Assembly: GCA_044224875.1 (NCBI GenBank)
Contig: JBGAJQ010000039.1
Coordinates: 1 to 50,180 of the forward strand
Length of the DNA: 50,180 nucleotides
Origin: Gemmatimonadaceae bacterium
GTDB taxonomy: Bacteria; Gemmatimonadota; Gemmatimonadetes; Gemmatimonadales; Gemmatimonadaceae
Direction of reading: 5' to 3'
The notes beneath the pieces are model-generated. The model saw only the letters and a program-made list of their open reading frames with translations, did not search any database and was not told where the DNA came from. This document shows, piece by piece, positions 18,590 through 27,808 of the stretch. How positions within the stretch are numbered: the stretch's first letter is position 1; each line of letters starts with the position of its first letter. Made by a program: the position numbers and the translations under genes.

Positions 18590-19881
18590 ACGATACTCCG
18601 CAGCAGCAGCTTCGACAGGCGCTCCACGTTGGCCGCCGAAACACCGGACAAGGTGAGCGTGGTGACCAATCCCGCATCGGCTGGACCGAGTGTTGCCGTT
18701 TTCACAATGGCGTCGTAGAGCCCGGCCAACTTGCGATACCGCCGCATACAGATCACCGCGCGCAGTGTCACCGTGGCCGATCGTACATTGCGCGTCGAAC
18801 ACCGATACGACGTCACCTCTTCGGAACTCGATTCATCGAAGGAGAATGACTGCTGGAACTCGGCCTGGTAGGCCGCATAGAATCGCGGGCGCGACAGCTC
18901 CTTGGACGTGATCAGTTGGTGCGTAAGGTCCACGATCCCCGACGACTGGTCGGCGGACAGGAAGAGGTTGTCGTCCGTGGAACAGGTGTGGTAGCTGACG
19001 GTAAATGGGCGGTCCTTTTGCTCGTCGGCGTCTGCCCAACACTTGAAGAAGGCCTCCGGCTCCGTCGGCACCACAAAAGGTCCCAACCGCACCGTGCGGG
19101 TCGAGTCGGAAAACATTCCGCGAAGGTAAACCTCCTGGTTCGCCGCGATCTGGCGCCCCGCTTCCGCCAGCAAGTCCTTTGGTGTCGTGAATCCAGTGGC
19201 CAGCGCCGTCGACAGCAGGACGCGCACACGCTCGGCGGGCACCAGAAACGACACCTCCTCGCCCGCGGTTGACACGTTGACCCCAACCACACGCCCGGCG
19301 TCCGTCACGGTCGGACCACCACTCATTCCGGGATTGATCGGCGCCGTAAGGTGGATCTTGGCGTACAACGTGTGTTCGAGAAGTCCGTTGTACGTCCCTT
19401 CGACGATGCTCAGGCCAAGGTCGTGCGGGTTGCCTAGCGAGAAAAGCCGCGTTCCCTTCTGCAGCTCTAACGGTTGCAGGTCGAACCACGAACCGACGGT
19501 GGTGTCCGTCCGAAGCACGGCCAGGTCATTGACCACGTCGAGCGTGACGATGTGTGCCTGGTGGGCCGCCCCGCGCCCGTCCACCCATTCCACGCGATAC
19601 CGCGCGGGCGCATGCACCAGCTGCGAAATCACATGGAAGTTCGTGATCAGATGACCCTGCGCGGTCACGAAGAACGCCGAGCCGACGGTGGACTTTGCGG
19701 CTGACGACGATTCCACGACCTGCACCTTCACGACCCGCTCGGCGTACTTGCGGAAGACTTCCGGCGTTGTGCTGGAAGGCGTCTGGGCCGGCAACGCCGC
19801 GGCGGCGCTCACGAACCCCAGCGCGACCCCCCGCACCCACCGGCCAACATGGCCAAGGCATCGACTGCTCCAGCCGCGCAT
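18577..19881 (-). CDS. Trypsin-like (S1C-type) serine protease with a Cys-containing C-terminal domain
   Basis: Signal/anchor segment, triad motifs TNFHV, NDLAVL, INPGMSGGP. No PDZ domain recognised. Confidence 0.87.
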   Translation of the reverse strand: MRGWSSRCLGHVGRWVRGVALGFVSAAAALPAQTPSSTTPEVFRKYAERVVKVQVVESSSAAKSTVGSAFFVTAQGHLITNFHVISQLVHAPARYRVEWVDGRGAAHQAHIVTLDVVNDLAVLRTDTTVGSWFDLQPLELQKGTRLFSLGNPHDLGLSIVEGTYNGLLEHTLYAKIHLTAPINPGMSGGPTVTDAGRVVGVNVSTAGEEVSFLVPAERVRVLLSTALATGFTTPKDLLAEAGRQIAANQEVYLRGMFSDSTRTVRLGPFVVPTEPEAFFKCWADADEQKDRPFTVSYHTCSTDDNLFLSADQSSGIVDLTHQLITSKELSRPRFYAAYQAEFQQSFSFDESSSEEVTSYRCSTRNVRSATVTLRAVICMRRYRKLAGLYDAIVKTATLGPADAGLVTTLTLSGVSAANVERLSKLLLRSIVWRQ

Positions 19882-19886
19882 CGGTC

Positions 19887-21155
19887 CTACTTGGTCCGCG
19901 TGTATTCGGCGCGCAGGCGGTCGATCATGGCGCCGCGTCGCTGGTAGAGTCGCCGCAGGGGTCGCTTGCTTCGCTTGGCCAGCGCGTAGGACGCCAGAAT
20001 CGGCAGCGCAACGGTCGAGTCGAGATACGCGACCACTGCGTCGGGAAGCCGATCGGGATCGATCTTCCCCCAACTCACGGCTTCCGCCGGCGTTGCACCC
20101 GACAACCCACCCGTATCGGGTCGTGCATCCGTCACCTGAAGGAAGTAGTCGTGCCCTTTCTCGTCGATGCCTAACACTTCCTGAATCTGCGGTTCGGTCT
20201 GCAGGGCGAAGTTCTTGGGACTGCCACCGCCAAGAATCCATATCGCGCTCCTGCCCCCACCGCGCTTGGCATCCAGCACAATGGACGCCGTCTCGTTGAC
20301 GTCCGCGTTGGGATCGATCACGCACTTGTTCCCGTCGAGCGTGAGCGCCGCCACGTTCATCCCGATCGAAGAGTCACCCGGCGACGACGTGTAGATCGGC
20401 ACATCACATCGATACGCCGCCGACAAGAGCGATTTTTCGCCGATACCGAGGAGTCGCTCGCGCTCACGCACGTACTTGCCGCACAAGTAGTGGAACTCGG
20501 CGCTCGACATCGGACGCTGAAATTCCTTTCCCTGGACGATGGTACGGAAGAACGCGTCCGTGGAGAGCAGGACGTCGTAGTCGAAGAAGATGTCGTAAAT
20601 CCGAACCACGCCCTCGTCGCGCAAGGCGATGTCTGAGATCTGCGTATTGCCGCGATGCATCGACAGCCCCAACCCGAAATGCGTGTCGTGGTACAGGTTC
20701 GCACCGGTGGAGATGATCCAGTCAACGAAACCCGCTTCAATGAGCGGAATGACGGCCGACATGCCGAGCCCGGCCGGCGTGAGCGCTCCCGTCATCGTGA
20801 GTCCCACGGTCACGTCGTCGTCGAGCATCTTCTCGACCAATAGCTGACACGCCTCGCGGAGCCGGCCGGCGTTGTAGGCCAGAAACGTCCCTTCGACCAA
20901 GTCAACGGTTCGCTCCTTCCCATCGATCCGTCGTGGATCGATGCGAGCGCCGCGCAAAAACTTGGATGTGGGCCGTTGCAGGTGCGACACGCCACTCTTC
21001 TCGCGCGCCTCAGCCGCCTTCTTCTGGTCCGCCTTGGGACCGGAAGCGTGCGCGCGACTGACTGACATTCCCACTCGTGACGCCTTGAGACCGAGTGAGC
21101 GACCGTTCGCTGGCGCCTCTTTCTTCTTCTTCTTGCCCTGCTTCCGTGCCGTCAT
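19887..21155 (-). CDS. Deoxyhypusine synthase-like protein (probable homospermidine synthase)
   Basis: [46 protein letters not shown] (catalytic Lys retained). Confidence 0.9.
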   Translation of the reverse strand: MTARKQGKKKKKEAPANGRSLGLKASRVGMSVSRAHASGPKADQKKAAEAREKSGVSHLQRPTSKFLRGARIDPRRIDGKERTVDLVEGTFLAYNAGRLREACQLLVEKMLDDDVTVGLTMTGALTPAGLGMSAVIPLIEAGFVDWIISTGANLYHDTHFGLGLSMHRGNTQISDIALRDEGVVRIYDIFFDYDVLLSTDAFFRTIVQGKEFQRPMSSAEFHYLCGKYVRERERLLGIGEKSLLSAAYRCDVPIYTSSPGDSSIGMNVAALTLDGNKCVIDPNADVNETASIVLDAKRGGGRSAIWILGGGSPKNFALQTEPQIQEVLGIDEKGHDYFLQVTDARPDTGGLSGATPAEAVSWGKIDPDRLPDAVVAYLDSTVALPILASYALAKRSKRPLRRLYQRRGAMIDRLRAEYTRTK

Positions 21156-22138
21156 CAGACATCTCCTCTTGGCCGCTTGGCCGCCTTTAGTTGTGACGTG
21201 TACGCCTCGATCACGGCGTCCGCGGCCTCTCGCGGATCGTCGGTAAGCAAGACGAGATCAAGATCGCCAGGTGAAATCTTGCGCTCGCCGAGGACGCGCG
21301 CGTGCAGCCAACGAACCAGTGCGGCCCAGTAGTGTCGCCCGAACAGAATGACGGGAAACTGGTAGATCTTCCCCGTCTGAATCAGCGTGAGTGCTTCGAA
21401 GAGTTCGTCCAGCGTCCCGAATCCGCCGGGAAAGATGATGAACGCATTCGAGTACTTGATGAACATGGTCTTCCGGACAAAGAAGTACCGGAAGTTGATG
21501 AGCGTATCGACATATGGATTGGCGCCTTGCTCGAACGGCAGCTCGATGTTGCAGCCGATGGATCGCCCGCCCGCCGTCTGCGCGCCCTTGTTGGCGGCCT
21601 CCATGATTCCCGGACCCGCACCGGTCAGAACGGCGAAGCCCGCTTGCGCCAGCAGACGGGCGGTTTCTTGCGCCGCCTGATACATCGGGTCGTCAGGGCC
21701 CGTCCGTGCTGAACCGAAGATCGTCACGCCCTTGTCGACATCGGCCAGCACGTCGAAGCCCTCGATGAACTCCCCCATGATCCTGAGCACGCGCCACGGA
21801 TCTGTTCGCGTAAAGTCATCGCGAGGACCGGGCTGCTGGAGGAGCTTCGCGTCTTCAGTCATCGGCAGGAAGTCGCGGATCGAGGTGTCGATCGCGCGAT
21901 GCGCGCCGCTTGTCCTTGCTTCGGACTGTTTGGAGGGCGGCATGCGACCAGCGGCGAGATGCCCCGTCTCCGTGCGCTCACGCAGGAACTCCACTGCCTG
22001 CTTTTCGGCGGCCGCTCGTCGCTCGGGGTCCACTCGGCGCCCCCTTGCCGACCGCATGTCGCCTGGTCCCGGCTCGCGCTCCTCCGTCGGCTCGTCGTCT
22101 TCAGGCGATTCGTCGACCGGCTTCTTGCCTTTTGGCAT
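21155..22138 (-). CDS. LOG family (TIGR00730-type) nucleotide phosphoribohydrolase
   Basis: [41 protein letters not shown]. Long charged N-terminal extension. Confidence 0.9.
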   Translation of the reverse strand: MPKGKKPVDESPEDDEPTEEREPGPGDMRSARGRRVDPERRAAAEKQAVEFLRERTETGHLAAGRMPPSKQSEARTSGAHRAIDTSIRDFLPMTEDAKLLQQPGPRDDFTRTDPWRVLRIMGEFIEGFDVLADVDKGVTIFGSARTGPDDPMYQAAQETARLLAQAGFAVLTGAGPGIMEAANKGAQTAGGRSIGCNIELPFEQGANPYVDTLINFRYFFVRKTMFIKYSNAFIIFPGGFGTLDELFEALTLIQTGKIYQFPVILFGRHYWAALVRWLHARVLGERKISPGDLDLVLLTDDPREAADAVIEAYTSQLKAAKRPRGDV

Positions 22139-22287
22139 GGTGCAATGGGACAGGGGAGATCGGAGCAGAGCGTGCATGAGTTTATTCAGCGCCATCGGTG
22201 ATGCGCTAGCGAGCGACGCGAACCCATCCCCCTATCGACCCGGTTCGACGTGCTTACTTTCCTCTTAACCTTTCGCCGGCACTGACA

Positions 22288-23691
22288 CTGCGTTCCGTCG
22301 TCATTCTCGTCGCCGATGGCGCGCGTCCCGATACGCTCGCGGCGGCCATCGCACGTGGCGACCTTCCGGCTATGGCCAGCCTGGCAAGCGAAGGAAGACT
22401 CGCCACGGTCACGGCGTCCTTTCCCTCGGTGACGGGCGTGGCCTATGCGCCATTTCTCGTGGGTCGCTTTCCAGGACCGATCGGGCTGCCTGGGTTGCGC
22501 TGGTACGATCGCACACGAGGCGCCCGCACGTTTCTGGGGCGCTCGCGATCGTACGTGGGCGCGGAGATGCGACTACTCGACCGAGACCTCGACCCGGATG
22601 CAGCGACGATTTTCGAGCTGGCCCCCAGCTCGTTAGGCGCCCTGAGCATGATCCGCCGCGGGTTGCCAAGGACGGCACGCGTCGGACGAGGCGCGGGCTT
22701 CGCGTTGCGTGCCGCGGTCACTCACTTTCGCGGCGACTTGTCGGGATGGTTGGAGATCGATCGCGGAATGGCCGGGAAGGTGGCACGCCGGCTGAGAAAG
22801 GAACGCCCGGCATTCACCTTTGCCGCATTCACGGGGGTCGACAAGACGTCGCACGCCTGCGGGCATGATGCGCCGCGCGTCGTGGACGCGCTACGTATCG
22901 TGGATGACTGCGCCGCCGAGATTCGCCGCGATGCCGAACAGCAGGGGCAGTGGAACGAGATGGAGCTGTGGATCGTGAGCGACCACGGACACTCGCGCGT
23001 CACCCAGCACGACGACCTCGCCGATTGGGCACGCTCCCTCGGCCTAACGACTCGTGCTCACCCATGGGTGATGAACGGAGGCGCGGACATCGCCGTGATG
23101 CCGTCAGGAAACGCCATGGCGCACCTGTACCTGGAACTCGATCGCCGCGTGCGCCCGTTTTGGCCGGATCTGAAGTCGCGCTGGGAACCGGTGGTCCAGG
23201 ACCTTCTGTCCCGACCCTCCGTCGATCTCATTGTGCTCGCCCACTCGCCGGCGGAATGTGAGATCCGCTCCCACCATGGTGGCAGCGCACGAATAGTCCG
23301 GAGTGGCGATCGCTACAGCTATCGTCCGGATTCCGGGGACCCCTTGGGGCTTGGGCCGGTAGAAGGCGCCTGCGACGCTGAAGCATTCCAGGCCGCCGAG
23401 ACGTCGGATTACCCGGATGCCATCGTTCAGATCGCCAACCTTGCTGGCTCGGCGCGTGCCAGTGAGGTGATCGTCTCCGCCAAGCGGGACTGGGACCTGC
23501 GTCAGCGCTACGAACCCATTCCGCACGTGTCAGCCCACGGTGCCTTGCATCGAGAACACATGCTCGTTCCACTGTTGACCAACCGCGCTACGGTGCGCCG
23601 CCCCAAGAGGACGGTAGATGTCATGCCCTCGGCCCTGCTCGCGTTGGGTTTGGCTTTGCCCAAAGCGCTCGACGGCGTGCCATTTCTTTAG
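22288..23691 (+). CDS. Alkaline phosphatase superfamily protein (nucleotide pyrophosphatase/phosphodiesterase-like)
   Basis: VILVADGARPD, FPSVT, DKTSH, SDHGH, SAHG. The first motif lies upstream of the first ATG (22372), so a CTG start is inferred. Confidence 0.85.
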   Translation: MRSVVILVADGARPDTLAAAIARGDLPAMASLASEGRLATVTASFPSVTGVAYAPFLVGRFPGPIGLPGLRWYDRTRGARTFLGRSRSYVGAEMRLLDRDLDPDAATIFELAPSSLGALSMIRRGLPRTARVGRGAGFALRAAVTHFRGDLSGWLEIDRGMAGKVARRLRKERPAFTFAAFTGVDKTSHACGHDAPRVVDALRIVDDCAAEIRRDAEQQGQWNEMELWIVSDHGHSRVTQHDDLADWARSLGLTTRAHPWVMNGGADIAVMPSGNAMAHLYLELDRRVRPFWPDLKSRWEPVVQDLLSRPSVDLIVLAHSPAECEIRSHHGGSARIVRSGDRYSYRPDSGDPLGLGPVEGACDAEAFQAAETSDYPDAIVQIANLAGSARASEVIVSAKRDWDLRQRYEPIPHVSAHGALHREHMLVPLLTNRATVRRPKRTVDVMPSALLALGLALPKALDGVPFL

Positions 23692-23784
23692 TAGCGTGCA
23701 GGGCGCGTGCGACCGACCGCGTGCCTTGATCCCCAGTACCCAGTTCCCGACACGACACATCCTCACCGCCCCAGGAGGACTTCA

Positions 23785-24183
23785 ATGAAGCGATGGTTCA
23801 TGGTCATGAGCAGCCTGATGCTGATTGCGGGCACTGTCAGTGCGCAGGACGCGAAGCCCGAGAAGCCGAAGTCGGGCGGTGCCAACCGAATCACCCAGGA
23901 AGAGATCGAGTACGCGAAGGTGAGCACCGCGCTCGAGGCCATTCAGCGGCTTCGTCCACGCATGCTCCAGAAGCGCATGGGTTCGTCCACGGACAAGGGT
24001 GAGGCCGGCGAGATCGTCGTGCGTGTCGACAATGCGCGCTACGGCTACCCTGACCAGCTGTCCGGCATTCCGGCGGAGCGCATCAAGGAGATCCGCTTCG
24101 TGAGTGCTTCAGATGCCACGACGCAGTGGGGCACCGGCTACACCGAAGGCGCGATTCTCATCATCACAAAGGACGGCAAGTAG
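23785..24183 (+). CDS. Small exported TonB plug-like domain protein (no barrel)
   Basis: AGGAGG RBS, signal peptide, ITQEEI...ALEAIQRLRP...IKEIRFVSASDATTQWGTG...GAILIITK. Confidence 0.8.
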   Translation: MKRWFMVMSSLMLIAGTVSAQDAKPEKPKSGGANRITQEEIEYAKVSTALEAIQRLRPRMLQKRMGSSTDKGEAGEIVVRVDNARYGYPDQLSGIPAERIKEIRFVSASDATTQWGTGYTEGAILIITKDGK

Positions 24184-24200
24184 CGGCTCGGCAGGAAACC

Positions 24201-24240
24201 AAGAGCGGCCGGGCACTGGTGTGCCGGCCGCTCTTTTTTT
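24201..24240 (+). terminator. Intrinsic terminator
   Basis: AAGAGCGGCCGG(G)CAC-TGGT-GTGCCGGCCGCTCTT followed by a T run, between convergent genes. Confidence 0.85.
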
Positions 24241-24277
24241 CATTGCCCGCCGCGCCACGTGTCGGCACGGCGACTCG

Positions 24278-26296
24278 TTAGGGTACGACCTGTGGCTTTG
24301 GCTCGATCTTCACGATCCACAGTCCATTGTACATGTCGTTGACGTACGCCAGCCCGTTCTTCACCACCACGCCCCACGTCATGGCGGCGTTCTGTACGCG
24401 CCCATCCATGTCGGCGGTGTTTACGTGGCCGATTTCGCGACCCTGTGCACGCAGGTCGCCACGTAAGTCGCCGGATACATCAAAGGCCCGGAAGCCGGCG
24501 TTGTACGCTCCCATGTAGAGCGTGTCACCAGCGACCCACACGTTGTGCACCCCGCCGTATTCTGGTTCGTAGTAGGCCACCGGCTTGGGATGCTCGAGGT
24601 CACTCACGTCAAGCACCTGCAGGCGCCCGTAGGCCCGGCCGGCAGCTGCATCCTTCGCCCCTTTGACGCCGCTGGCGGGAAAGACCTCGTCGGCGATGAA
24701 CACGTAGTTCTTGTGCCGCCACGCCGTGTGCGTACCACGGATGAACCCCGGCCCACCGGTTTGCTCGACGTCCTTGTACAAGGCGTTCAGGTCATACTTG
24801 TACTGGGAAACGAATTGCGGGTTGGATGGTGAACCGCCCTTGATGCCATTGCCGATGTCGAGGATCACCACGCCGTCATTCCACCACGAACCGTACAGCA
24901 GGCCATTCTGAACGTCGATGTCGTGCAACGTGCGACCGACATCACCGAACGCCTTGGGCGTCTTCCACTGCGCGACTTCCTTGGGGTGATAGGGGTCATT
25001 GATGTCGATGACATGCAGCGCCCCCGTGCCATCGTTGGTCAGGTAGATGTGCGTACCGTACTTCTCCTGTTGGAACACGAACGCCGAGTGGACGCCGGAC
25101 GTGACGCCGTCCGTGAACTCGCTGATGACCTTTGGATGCTCGGGATCCTCGATCGAACAGATCACGATGCCGTTCTTTCGGTCCGACGCGCCCTCGCGAG
25201 TGAAAACGAGAAACTTCCCGTCCGGCGTGGTCATCACGTCATTCACGCGACGGGTGTTGGCAATGATCGAGTCGGTGACGACTGGCTTGGAAGGATCGCT
25301 GATGTTGATGGCGTACATCACATCGCCACCGCCGCCACTGCCCAAATACGCGTGCTTGCCGTCAGGATGAATCCACACTTCCTCGGTGGTGAACCGGGAG
25401 CGCGGCAACCGACCGATCACTTGCATGGGCCGGCGCACGTCTCGCTCGGTGAGCCGAACGACCGCCTGCGCCACGCGCGTCCCTTGCGTCGCGGTGACCA
25501 CGTACTCGCCCGGTTCATATCCCACGAAAGCGCCATCCTGCTCGATCAGCCCACCGCCAGGCGAGAAGGACCAGGAGGTCGCCAGCCCCGCGACCTCGCG
25601 TCCGCGAGCGTCACGAGCGGTAGCCTTGAAGCGAATCACATCGCCTTGCCGCGCGTCCTGCCGCGCCGGAGTCAACTCGAGTGTCGCGACCGCTGCAGGT
25701 GCAACGTCGACGGTCACGGTGCTGCTGGCCGCGCCCGAGTTCGCCGTCAGCGTGGTCTTGCCCGCGGCGACCGCCGTGATCATTCCGTCATTGTCGACGC
25801 GGGCAATCGCCGGCGCTGAGGACTTCCAGCCCACCACGTCGCCTAACCGTTCGTCGTTGGTGCGTGAAAGCACCTTGGCGCCCAGCCGGAAGCGCTGGCC
25901 AAGGGCAAGACGGAGCGCACTTGCCGACGGTTCGATGCGAGCCGCCGGACCGGCGATCATCTGCACTTCCACGCGCTGCACCGTGGGTCGCGCTCCGGGG
26001 ACCAAGGCCACGACCGCCACGGGGATGGTCCCGGTGGCACCCGACGTCACCAGACCCAGGGAGTCCACCGCGCCCTCAAAGCGCGCCCCCTGGGAAGCGT
26101 ACCGGATTCGAGCGTTAGGCACCGGCTGGCCAGTGGCATCGAGTGCCTGCGCCGTGAGACGCAAGGTGTCCCCGGCCACCATCACGGGCTTGGCTGGCGT
26201 CACCACCAACCGTGCCACGGGAGATGGGGTCCCTTGCTGTGCGGGAGCGGACGACTGTTGGACGAGCACGGACAGGAGCAGCAGAACGTTCGGCAT
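24278..26296 (-). CDS. Secreted Ig-like (Big_2) repeat plus LVIVD beta-propeller protein, paralogue 1
   Basis: Signal peptide, three Ig-like repeats (e.g. WKSSAPAIARVDNDG), LVIVD-type blades (LHVIDINDPYHP, LQVLDVSD). Confidence 0.85.
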   Translation of the reverse strand: MPNVLLLLSVLVQQSSAPAQQGTPSPVARLVVTPAKPVMVAGDTLRLTAQALDATGQPVPNARIRYASQGARFEGAVDSLGLVTSGATGTIPVAVVALVPGARPTVQRVEVQMIAGPAARIEPSASALRLALGQRFRLGAKVLSRTNDERLGDVVGWKSSAPAIARVDNDGMITAVAAGKTTLTANSGAASSTVTVDVAPAAVATLELTPARQDARQGDVIRFKATARDARGREVAGLATSWSFSPGGGLIEQDGAFVGYEPGEYVVTATQGTRVAQAVVRLTERDVRRPMQVIGRLPRSRFTTEEVWIHPDGKHAYLGSGGGGDVMYAINISDPSKPVVTDSIIANTRRVNDVMTTPDGKFLVFTREGASDRKNGIVICSIEDPEHPKVISEFTDGVTSGVHSAFVFQQEKYGTHIYLTNDGTGALHVIDINDPYHPKEVAQWKTPKAFGDVGRTLHDIDVQNGLLYGSWWNDGVVILDIGNGIKGGSPSNPQFVSQYKYDLNALYKDVEQTGGPGFIRGTHTAWRHKNYVFIADEVFPASGVKGAKDAAAGRAYGRLQVLDVSDLEHPKPVAYYEPEYGGVHNVWVAGDTLYMGAYNAGFRAFDVSGDLRGDLRAQGREIGHVNTADMDGRVQNAAMTWGVVVKNGLAYVNDMYNGLWIVKIEPKPQVVP

Positions 26297-26652
26297 GCGA
26301 AGGCACCTTGAGCGGGAGGCGAGATTGGTCGCGACGCCTCATACGATGCCATGCCGACCGCGAAAACCACAGAGTCTAGGGCCGCTTTGTTGGTGGGTGG
26401 CAGCGAAATCGGCCGGCGGCTCCTCGCCCCAACGGACGTCTGAGTCGAATCGCACGCCCCCCTGTCATCCTATGGAGGCCATGGACCTCCGTTTCGGACC
26501 TCGGATGGTGAGTCGTCCTCGAGGCCAGTCTGGCGTGCTCTTCTCAGATAGTCACTCCGGCGGAAGCGGCGCACGAAACGTTGACGTTCGAGGGTGCGTA
26601 GTGCGTATTCCCCGCAGGGTATTTCCCGAAGACAGCTGCAGCCAACCCCTCC

Positions 26653-27318
26653 ATGCCGCTTCCTCAGGTCCAAACGCCTACCCCGCCCGTACCGCCTCCG
26701 CCAGGTACGTCACTTCCGCCTGGAGTGACGGTGGAGCAGGCTCTTGAACAGGCCGTCACCGGTCCGACGGAAGCGTATCAGGCCGCTCGCGCGCAGCAGC
26801 GCATTCTCCGGGAGCAGCTCTCGCAGCTCGAGGAGAAGCGGCTCGCGATCGCCCGTCGACTTCGCGAGGGAGAGGTGACGGGACCGGACAAGGCAGGACT
26901 GGAGGCGCGACTGACAGAGTTGGACCAGCGTATCGCCACGACCGATCAGGCCATTGCTGCGGCGGACGCGAAGGTCGCTCAAACCGCCGGAGCGCCGGGT
27001 GCCATTCAGGTCGATCTGCCGCGCCAGTCAGATGTTCCGGAAGAGGCGATCGTGTTCGGCGGACTCATCGGCCTCGCCCTCGTACTGCCCATCTCCATTG
27101 CCTTTGCCCGCCGGATCATGCGGCGTGGCCACGTCCCGACGAACATCACGAAGGACTTGGATGAGCGCTTCACCCGACTCGAGCAAGCAGTCGACGCCGT
27201 GGCCATCGAGGTCGAACGCGTCGGGGAGTCCCAGCGCTATGTCACCAGGATGCTTGGGCCGGGAGCCGCGCAACCGATCGACTTGCGTGAGCGCGAAGCG
27301 CTCCGGCAGCAGCGGTAG
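26653..27318 (+). CDS. Hypothetical membrane protein (Pro-rich N-terminus, coiled coil, one TM helix, C-terminal coiled coil)
   Basis: Heptad-rich segment, TM IVFGGLIGLALVLPISIAFA, then RLEQAVDAVAIEVERVGESQRYVT. Confidence 0.8.
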   Translation: MPLPQVQTPTPPVPPPPGTSLPPGVTVEQALEQAVTGPTEAYQAARAQQRILREQLSQLEEKRLAIARRLREGEVTGPDKAGLEARLTELDQRIATTDQAIAAADAKVAQTAGAPGAIQVDLPRQSDVPEEAIVFGGLIGLALVLPISIAFARRIMRRGHVPTNITKDLDERFTRLEQAVDAVAIEVERVGESQRYVTRMLGPGAAQPIDLREREALRQQR

Positions 27319-27386
27319 ACCCGCTCGGCCTGAGTTCATCCCGCATTCGTCATTTTGTGGCCGCACCGGACGGTTGATCACCGCTC

Positions 27387-27436
27387 CTCTTGACAGTCTA
27401 GAGTAAGAGACCGAGTCTACTCTCGACCGCCGAGAG
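27387..27436 (+). promoter_or_regulatory. Tandem 17-bp inverted-repeat boxes (candidate PadR operators) overlapping TTGACA and the RBS
   Basis: CTCTTGACAGTCTAGAG (27387-27403) and CTCTCGACCGCCGAGAG (27420-27436). Confidence 0.6.
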
Positions 27437-27444
27437 GAGACTTT

Positions 27445-27777
27445 GTGACAGACCGTGCCGACCTGCTCCAAGGGACGTTTGAGCCTGGCACTACATCTGC
27501 GTCGTCTTCGCCTGGCGCACGGGTGGGGGATCACGCTGCGCATCCAGCAGATGTCGCAAGACGTGGCCTGGGGACCAGGGGATCCCTGTACCCAGCCCTC
27601 GAGCGCTGAGCGGGTAGACCCTGGTCCGGAGTGGCGGGCGGATTGAGAACGTATCGCCGCGCTCGGTATTACGAGTTGACCGCCGAGGGGCGCCGACAGC
27701 TCGAACGCGAACGCGCCGCGTGGGCCCGCAATTCGGCCGCTGTAAACTGGGTGCTCGATTTTTCGACGGGGTGGATG
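27445..27777 (+). pseudogene. PadR family transcriptional regulator with multiple frameshifts
   Basis: Fragments in different frames: MTDRADLLQGT / HGWGITLRIQQMSQDV / GSLYPALER / RRARYYELTAEGRRQLERERAAW. Confidence 0.85.
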
Positions 27778-27808
27778 CGCTGGCTCTCTGGAGGAAGTCC
27801 GCGCGCGG

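Noticed and set aside
21155..22138. Lysine decarboxylase feeding the DHS-like enzyme
   Set aside because: This is a known misannotation of LOG proteins. There is no PLP-enzyme motif, and PGGxGTxxE indicates a phosphoribohydrolase.
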